A stretch of DNA of 64,000 bases from an uncultured Actinomycetes bacterium (lineage in GTDB: Bacteria > Actinomycetota > Thermoleophilia > RBG-16-64-13), in contig CAWJDT010000005.1 in NCBI GenBank assembly GCA_963841735.1, positions 128,001-192,000 of the forward strand. Direction: 5' to 3'. Positions within the stretch are counted from its first letter, which is position 1. Every line of letters starts with the position of its first letter. The notes beneath the pieces are model-generated. The model had not been told where the DNA came from, made no database searches, and saw only the letters and a program-made list of their open reading frames with translations. Position numbers and translations under genes: made by a program. Below are positions 57,325 to 64,000 of the stretch, in pieces.

Positions 57325-60300
57325 GTGGAGACTGGTATGAATATTCGGGATGCAGTCGGCCCAGCCGCAAGCAGAGACGTCAACAAGCGCTTCCCACCGG
57401 ACGGTGTTATGGAGCACAACCCAGAGTTCGCCTCCCTTATCTCTCAATTGGCGAGCGACTTCGGCTGCCTCTCACCTAAAACGGATGACGGACACATCAC
57501 CGATACGCTGAGGGAGCTTGCCCACCTTGCTCAGGCCGTTGGCGGTTTCGTGGTCGCCATTTCCCCCGATATGGCCTCCGCTTCCATCACACACGTCTGG
57601 AGCGCCAGCCTAGATGACCCCCCCACCGCTTTGTTCTCGTCCTTCCCGGTCGAGGGCCTTTCGTGGTGTGCCGATGCGCTCGGCCGTGGCGAGAGCGTCG
57701 CCTTGCGCACTCCGAAAGACGTTCCCCTGGAGGCGCGGGGCGCAAGGCAATTGATGGAGACCCACGGGTTTCGCCCCCTGCTCTTTGTTCCCATGAGGGC
57801 GGGGGGTGACCTGCGCGGATGTCTGGCCTTCTACGGAGCAGCGGGAGAAGAACAAGACTGGCCCAAAGATAGACTGCCGCTTCTGCAGTTCACCGCCGAC
57901 CTGATCGCGGAGCGCAGGCAGGCTGAAGAGGCATCACGCGAGAGCGAGAGACAGTACCGTGTCCTGATCGATAACGCACCCGTCGGCATCGGCGTGACCG
58001 ATGAGCACGGTAGACTACTGGCGTTCAACGACGCCATGCTCCGTCCCGGTGGACATAGCCGCGCCGATATCGGGAGGATCGGTCATATCTCCGCGTTGTA
58101 CTACGATGCGGAAGAACGGGATGAGGTCCGGGAGCTCCTCCAGAGGCAGGGCTTCGTCAAGGGCCACAAGGTACGCTTCAGACGCAAGGACGGCAGCCCC
58201 TACTGGGCATCGCTCTCCCTCTCCCAAGTGACATTCCAGGGGCGTCCCTGTACGCAGGCTCTGGTTGAGGACATCACCGAGCGCCAGCGCACCGACGAGC
58301 TGCTGCAACTGCGCGCCGGCCAGCAGACCGCCATCGCCTCGCTGGGCCTGAGGGCGCTGTCAGGAGCCGACCTCCCGAGCTTCATGCAGGAACTGGCAGC
58401 GCTGGTCACGCAGACACTGGGAGTCAAACACTGCCAGATCATGGAGCTGCTGCCGGACGGCCTCGCCTTGCAGCTGCGCGCGGGCGTCGGCTGGAGGGAC
58501 GGACTGGTAGGCAACGCCACCGTCGATGCGGAACTCGGCTCACAGGCCGGCTTCACACTCCATTCCGACGCGCCGGTGATCGTCGAAGACCTGCGCACCG
58601 AGACACGCTTCCACGCTCCCCCTTGCTGCGCGACCACCACATGGTCAGCGGCCTGAGCGTGGTCATCACCGGGAAGGACCGCCCCTATGGTGTGCTTGGG
58701 GTCTTCACCACTCGGCACCACAGTTTCACCGAGGACGACGCCCACTTTCTGCAGGCTGCAGCAAACATCCTGGCAGCGACAATCGAAGGCAGGCGAGCGG
58801 AAGAACAACTGCGAGAGAGCGAGGCGCGGTTTGCCGCTTTCATGAAGCATCTGCCCGCCACGGCCTTCATCAAGGATTCACACTCCCGCCTTATATACGC
58901 GAATCACCACGTGAAGAGGCACCTCGAAGATCACGAATGGGTCGGTCGTTCCGCGCCGGACATCTTCCCAGAGCCCCTCGCCCAGAAGATGGTCGCGGGT
59001 GATCAGGAGGCGCTCGAGAGCGGATACACCCTGACGATAGACGAGGTGCCCGACGCGGACGGCGATGTCAGAACCGTGGAGACCCGCAAATTCCGTATCG
59101 ACCGCGAGAATCAAGAGCCGTTGCTTGGCGGATTCGCTCTTGACATCACCGAGCGCACGGAACTGGAGCGGTCCCTGCGCTTCACTCAATACTCAGTGGA
59201 CCACGCCGCCGACAATATCTTATGGCTGGACGAGGACGGCAGAATCATCTACGCGAGCGAGGCAACTTGCGAGCGGCTGGGCTACACGCTCGAGGAGATG
59301 CTCGCCCTGAAAATACATGACATCGACACCGCGGCGCCAGCGCCTTGGCACGAACACTGGGAGAAAGTGAGACACGAGGGACGTCGGACCTTCGAGGTCA
59401 TCCACCGGGCCAAGGACGGCACATGCATGCCCGTGGAGGTGAGTACCAGCCTCGTGGTCTACGAAGGCAAGGAGTACCACTTCTCGTATGCCCGCGACAT
59501 CACCGAGCGCAGGCAGGCCGACGAGGAGCGGGAGAGGCTCCAGGCTCAGCTGCTCCAAGCTCAGAAGATGGAGTCGGTCGGGCAGTTGGCTGGAGGTGTA
59601 GCCCATGACTTCAACAACATGTTGGAGGTGATCCTCGGCCGTGCGGAGCTGGCGATGGACCAGTTGGGCCCTTCTCACCCAGTGACTGCCGACCTATCGG
59701 AGATCCGCAAGGCGGCCGAGCGCTCCGCCCACATCACGCGCCAGCTCTTGGCCTTCGCCCGCCGCCAGATCGTCACCCCAAGGCTGATCGACCTCAACGA
59801 AACCGTCGCCGGCACCCTCAAGATGCTGGAGAGGTTGATCGGTGAAGGCATCGAGCTGGTCTGGCGCCCAGGCGCCGACCTGGGGCCTATCGAAGTAGAC
59901 CCAGCGCAGATCGACCAGATCCTGGTGAACCTCTGCATCAACAGCCGGGATGCTGTCGATGGTGCCGGTAGAATCACCATCGAGACGGCCGCCACGATCA
60001 TTGACGAACCCTTCAGCGCGACGCGCGAGGAATGCGAGCCCGGTGAGTATGTGCTGCTCACCGTGAGTGACAACGGCTGCGGCATGAGTCAGGAACTGCA
60101 GACCCACCTGTTCGAGCCCTTCTTCACCACGAAGGAGACGGGCAAGGGCAGCGGCCTGGGTCTGGCCACCATCTACGGCATTGTGAAGCAGAACAACGGC
60201 TTTCTGGAAGTGCAGAGCGAACCGAGCCTTGGCACCACCATCAGTGTCTATCTGCCCCGACACGCAGGAGACCCCGTAGCCGAGGCGCAAGACCGACCGG

Positions 60301-60698
60301 CGCCCAGCTCCACGCTCCCCATGGGCAACGGAGAAACACTTCTGGTGGTCGAAGATGAGCTGCCCATACTGGCATTGATCGAGAAGGTACTCACCCAAGC
60401 CAACTACCGGGTACTCGCGGCATCGGCTCCCTCCGAAGCGCTGAGCTCCGCTGCGGCTTTTCCCGACAAGATAGCCCTGCTCATCACCGACGTGGTCATG
60501 CCCCAGATGGACGGCTGGGACTTGGCGAAGCAGTTGGTTTGCATCCGACCGGACCTCAAGACCCTCTTTATGTCGGGCTACGCGGCCGACATCGTGTCCG
60601 GCCGCGATCTTCTGGGCAGAGAGGTACGCTTCATGCAGAAACCGTTCTCGCCTCGTGACTTGGTCATCGCGGTCAGGGCGACTCTCGACCAGAAGTGA
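57325..60698 (+). CDS. GAF/PAS hybrid sensor histidine kinase with receiver domain (frameshift near 58620)
   Basis: AGGVAHDFNN H-box, NLCINSRDA, DNGCG, FEPFFTTK, GLGL, receiver TDVVMP..KP. Confidence 0.9.
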
Positions 60699-60747
60699 GC
60701 AGGCCGCCCGCGACGTCGCGGGCGCCGGCCCCTATCGCCCGACGCTG

Positions 60748-61089
60748 CTAGGCCAGGGCCGACACTCCCGTCTCACCCGTGCGGATGCGCAGGCATTCTT
60801 CCATCTCCAGCACGAAGATCTTGCCGTCGCCAATGTTGCCTGTGTGCGCCCCCCGGGTGATGGCGTCAACCGCGTGCCATACATTGGAGTTGCTCACGGC
60901 CACTTCCACCTTGATCTTGTGAAGCAGTCCGCCCCTCTCCACATGACTCCGATAAACCTCAGCTATGCCCTTCTGCCTGCCCCTGCCCATCACCTCCGAG
61001 ACAGTAACCAGGTTGATCTCTTCCGACTCGAGAGCGGCCATGACCTCATCCAACTTGTCGGGCTGGATGATGGCGATGATGTATTTCAT
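60748..61089 (-). CDS. glnK: P-II nitrogen regulatory protein
   Basis: GRGRQKG, TGNIGDGKIFV, RIRTGE; directly downstream of amtB. Confidence 0.9.
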   Translation of the reverse strand: MKYIIAIIQPDKLDEVMAALESEEINLVTVSEVMGRGRQKGIAEVYRSHVERGGLLHKIKVEVAVSNSNVWHAVDAITRGAHTGNIGDGKIFVLEMEECLRIRTGETGVSALA

Positions 61090-61123
61090 GATCTCGGCTC
61101 CTTATTCGTCATCTATCCGGCGG

Positions 61124-62360
61124 CTATCCGACGACCGTGTACGCCGATTCGCGGTGCTGGGTTAGATCCAGGCCGATGTTCTCTTGGTCCGGGTTCACCC
61201 TTAGGCCGATGAACTTATCGACAAGTTTGAGCAGGCCCCACGACAACACGAACGAGTAGGCGGCACAGACCGCGACGGCCGCGATTTGCAGCAGCATCAG
61301 CTTGCCTCCCCCGTGAAATACCCCGTTAGCGCCGGCCGGGTTGATCACGGTACTCGCCCACAACCCGGTGGCCAGGGCACCCACTATCCCCCCGACACCG
61401 TGCACTCCGAAGGCATCGAGCGAGTCGTCGTAGCCCAGCTTGCCCTTTACCACTACCACCGACACGTAGCACACCAGACCGGCCAGGGCTCCGATGCCCA
61501 TGGCCCCCAGCGGGCCGACGAAGCCGGACGCCGGTGTCACCGCCACCAAGCCGGCCACAGCGCCTGAGATAATGCCCAGCGCCGTCGGCCGCTTGCGGGT
61601 GATCCATTCAAGTGCCGCCCAAGCTACGGCCGAAGCAGCCGCCGCCATGTGGGTGGCCAGGAAGGCCGAGACCGCCAACCCTCCTGAGGAGAGTGCGCTG
61701 CCTGACGTTGAAGCCGAACCACCCGAACCACAACAGCGCCGCTCCCAGGATGGCGAAGGGCAGGTTGTGCGGCGGAGAGGTGTCGGGGTAGCCCTTGCGC
61801 TTGCCTATGACCAGCGCGGCCGCCAGCGCCGCCATGCCCGCATTGATGTGCACCACGGTGCCACCAGCGAAGTCGAGGGCCCCCAGCTCACGCAGCCAGC
61901 CGCCTACCCCCCAGACCCAGTGGGCCATGGGGTCGTAGACGATGGTGGTCCACAGCAAAGAGAACACCAGAAACGCGCTGAACTTCATGCGCTCGGCGAA
62001 GGCGCCGATGACGAGGGCGGGAGTGATGATGGCGAACATCATCTGAAACGCCATGAACAACTGGTGGGGCACCGTGGCCGCATACGCTGCGTTGGGCTCG
62101 AGGCCGACACCATTCAAGCCCAGCCAGCTGAAGTCGCCGATGAAGCCCCCGTGGTCTGGGCCAAAGGCCAGGCTGTAGCCAAAGACCACCCACTGCACAC
62201 TGATCACGCCCACCAATATGAAGCACTGCATCATGATGGAGAGAACATTCTTGCGGCGCACCAGCCCGCCATAGAAGAAGGCCAACCCAGGAGTCATCAA
62301 CATCACGAGTGCAGTGCTGATGATCATCCAGGCGGTATCGCCGGTGTCTACGCTCGTCAT
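61124..62360 (-). CDS. amtB: Ammonium transporter (frameshifted)
   Basis: [51 protein letters not shown]. Confidence 0.95.
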
Positions 62361-62579
62361 GTCCACCCTCCTAGGCCGGATCTGCTGTTCGCCCGCATGC
62401 GCCCGGGGCAACAAATCCGGTGGCCATGCGTGTTCTCAATTACAGCGGAGGGAGCCTAGAAAGGAAACCGCCTAACGTACAAGGATTGGCGCGTTTCGTT
62501 GTACCTTTGGAGCCAGCGCCGTACTATTGCGCCGCCCAGCGCGTTCTGGGCGACCGGGACGACCGGGGCGCCGCTGCGC

Positions 62580-64000
62580 TCAGGTCATCAGTAGGCTGCG
62601 GGCCTTGAGACCCAGGCCGAGGCGCTCCTTGTGCTCAGTCTGGAAGACACTCAGCCCAGATATGTCGGCGATCTTCTCCAGCCGGTAGCGGATGGTGTGC
62701 CGGTGGGCAAAGAGGTCGGCGGCACTCTGAGTGAGACTCTCGTTGTTCCGAAAGAACACCACCAGGGTCTCGGTAAGCTGCGTGCCGTTGGCTTGGTCGT
62801 AGCGGTCCACCGGTCCGATGGTGTCCTCGTACAGACGGCGGATCTCGTCGGGGTCCCGCTCCCAGATGTCCAGCAGCAGCCTATAGGTGCCCACGTCCTC
62901 GAAGTGCAACAGGCTGCCCACGCCGCTGAGCCTGCGCGCCACCTTCAACGCGACCAATGCTTCCTGATACGCCCGGCCCATCTGCCCGGCGTCGGGCGTG
63001 AAGCCCCCGATACCTGCCGAGATACTCAAGTCGGCGGACGTCCTCCCAAGAGCCTGCAACGTGGTGGCGAGCTTCTTTAGAGAGGTCGCATCCTGGGCGG
63101 TCTTCCCGCACACAAAGATCACCACGTGGCCGGACTTCAGGCTGGCGAGCGACGAGGGTTCGGTCGAGCCCAGGTGGCGCGAGCACTGGGAGAAGAACTG
63201 CTCGGCCCTCCGATCCAGCTCCTCCTGACCCCAGCCCTTGCGGGGCACCAAACCGTCGAAATCATCCACCCCGAGCAAGATGACGGTGGACCCCTGGCTC
63301 AGGTCACATCCCAAGAACGCGCCGCGTCGTGAGAGGGAGTCTCCATCCCGCGCCCCTCCGCTCACCACGTCGTCCACGAAGTCGCCCTTCAAACGCACCT
63401 CGGTCTCGAAGCGCACCCGGTCCTGAGCCATCTCGAGAGCCGCGATGGTGACGGAGTGCTCCAAGATCATGATCTCATTGGCCGAAAGCTCCTCCGCCTC
63501 AGTGAGTGAGCACACATAGCCCAACCGCCTGTGACTGGCCACGATGGGCAGCGCAAACATGGCCGGCAGCCCTTCTTCGCTCAACCGCACCGGCTTTTGC
63601 CCCTCCCCCATTCCCGCGAACAGCTCTCGTGCTTTGGCGCCGGCCAGGCCCGTCTTCAGGTGGATCCAAGCCGCGGCCAAGCCCTTCGAGGCTGCCAGCA
63701 CCTCCAGGGAAGTGTCAAGCACCAGTGCAGGGCTCTCCAGCAGGCGGGAGGCCTCATCGGCCAGGTCTTGCCAGCCGCCTCCCCGAATCACCACTCCCAG
63801 TAGACTCCGGTGAATCGACTGCGACTGCTCCAGCAACGACGCCTGCCGGTTGATGATCAGCTCGGTGGCGTCCTGCATAAGCCGCGTCCAGCGAAGGCTC
63901 TGCGCCACCTCGACAATGGGGAACCTGCGCTTCTCGGCCAGCTCCAAGATGTCCCCCGGCAGGCTCTCGACAAAGCGAGTGGTCTTGATGAACAGCGCAG
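62580..64000 (-). CDS. PucR/CdaR-family transcriptional regulator (5' end beyond the window)
   Basis: GAF-like region, ETEVRLKGDFVDD, C-terminal HTH AADLFAHRHTIRYRLEKI. Confidence 0.9.
   Translation of the reverse strand, partial: ALFIKTTRFVESLPGDILELAEKRRFPIVEVAQSLRWTRLMQDATELIINRQASLLEQSQSIHRSLLGVVIRGGGWQDLADEASRLLESPALVLDTSLEVLAASKGLAAAWIHLKTGLAGAKARELFAGMGEGQKPVRLSEEGLPAMFALPIVASHRRLGYVCSLTEAEELSANEIMILEHSVTIAALEMAQDRVRFETEVRLKGDFVDDVVSGGARDGDSLSRRGAFLGCDLSQGSTVILLGVDDFDGLVPRKGWGQEELDRRAEQFFSQCSRHLGSTEPSSLASLKSGHVVIFVCGKTAQDATSLKKLATTLQALGRTSADLSISAGIGGFTPDAGQMGRAYQEALVALKVARRLSGVGSLLHFEDVGTYRLLLDIWERDPDEIRRLYEDTIGPVDRYDQANGTQLTETLVVFFRNNESLTQSAADLFAHRHTIRYRLEKIADISGLSVFQTEHKERLGLGLKARSLLMT

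Overview
GC-rich window, probably from an anaerobic deep-branching actinobacterium. This is inferred from a BldD-like regulator, SLH/L,D-transpeptidase and Hdr/Mvh/MetVF genes, not proven. Many genes at 7-17 kb and 27-62 kb are split by single-base indels, most likely long-read errors. Contents in order: (1) 1-5.9 kb, a minus-strand cluster for anaerobic trihydroxybenzene catabolism: the 5' part of a pyrogallol-phloroglucinol transhydroxylase large subunit (absent from the ORF track), cyclase, 3-hydroxyacyl-CoA-DH-like enzyme, two SDRs, cupin and BKACE. (2) tRNA-Leu(CAA) and a BldD homolog with an intact c-di-GMP motif. (3) A hisI-trpEGDC-usp-trpFBA operon behind a His/Trp-rich leader ORF and two hairpins. 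(4) cinA and an aldo-keto reductase. (5) A decayed inverted-integrase integron: four cassettes, attC sites, an attI-like region and an intI remnant, interrupted by an IS110-family (IS1111-type) element whose RNA guide segments can be read against its own flanks. (6) Housekeeping genes, serA and a BMP-type ABC transporter. (7) A ~21 kb nitrogen/redox island with two split (archaeal-type) glutamate-synthase-like systems and glnA, interleaved with HdrBC, HdrCBA, two MvhD, MetF and MetV. (8) A hybrid kinase, amtB-glnK and a PucR regulator.
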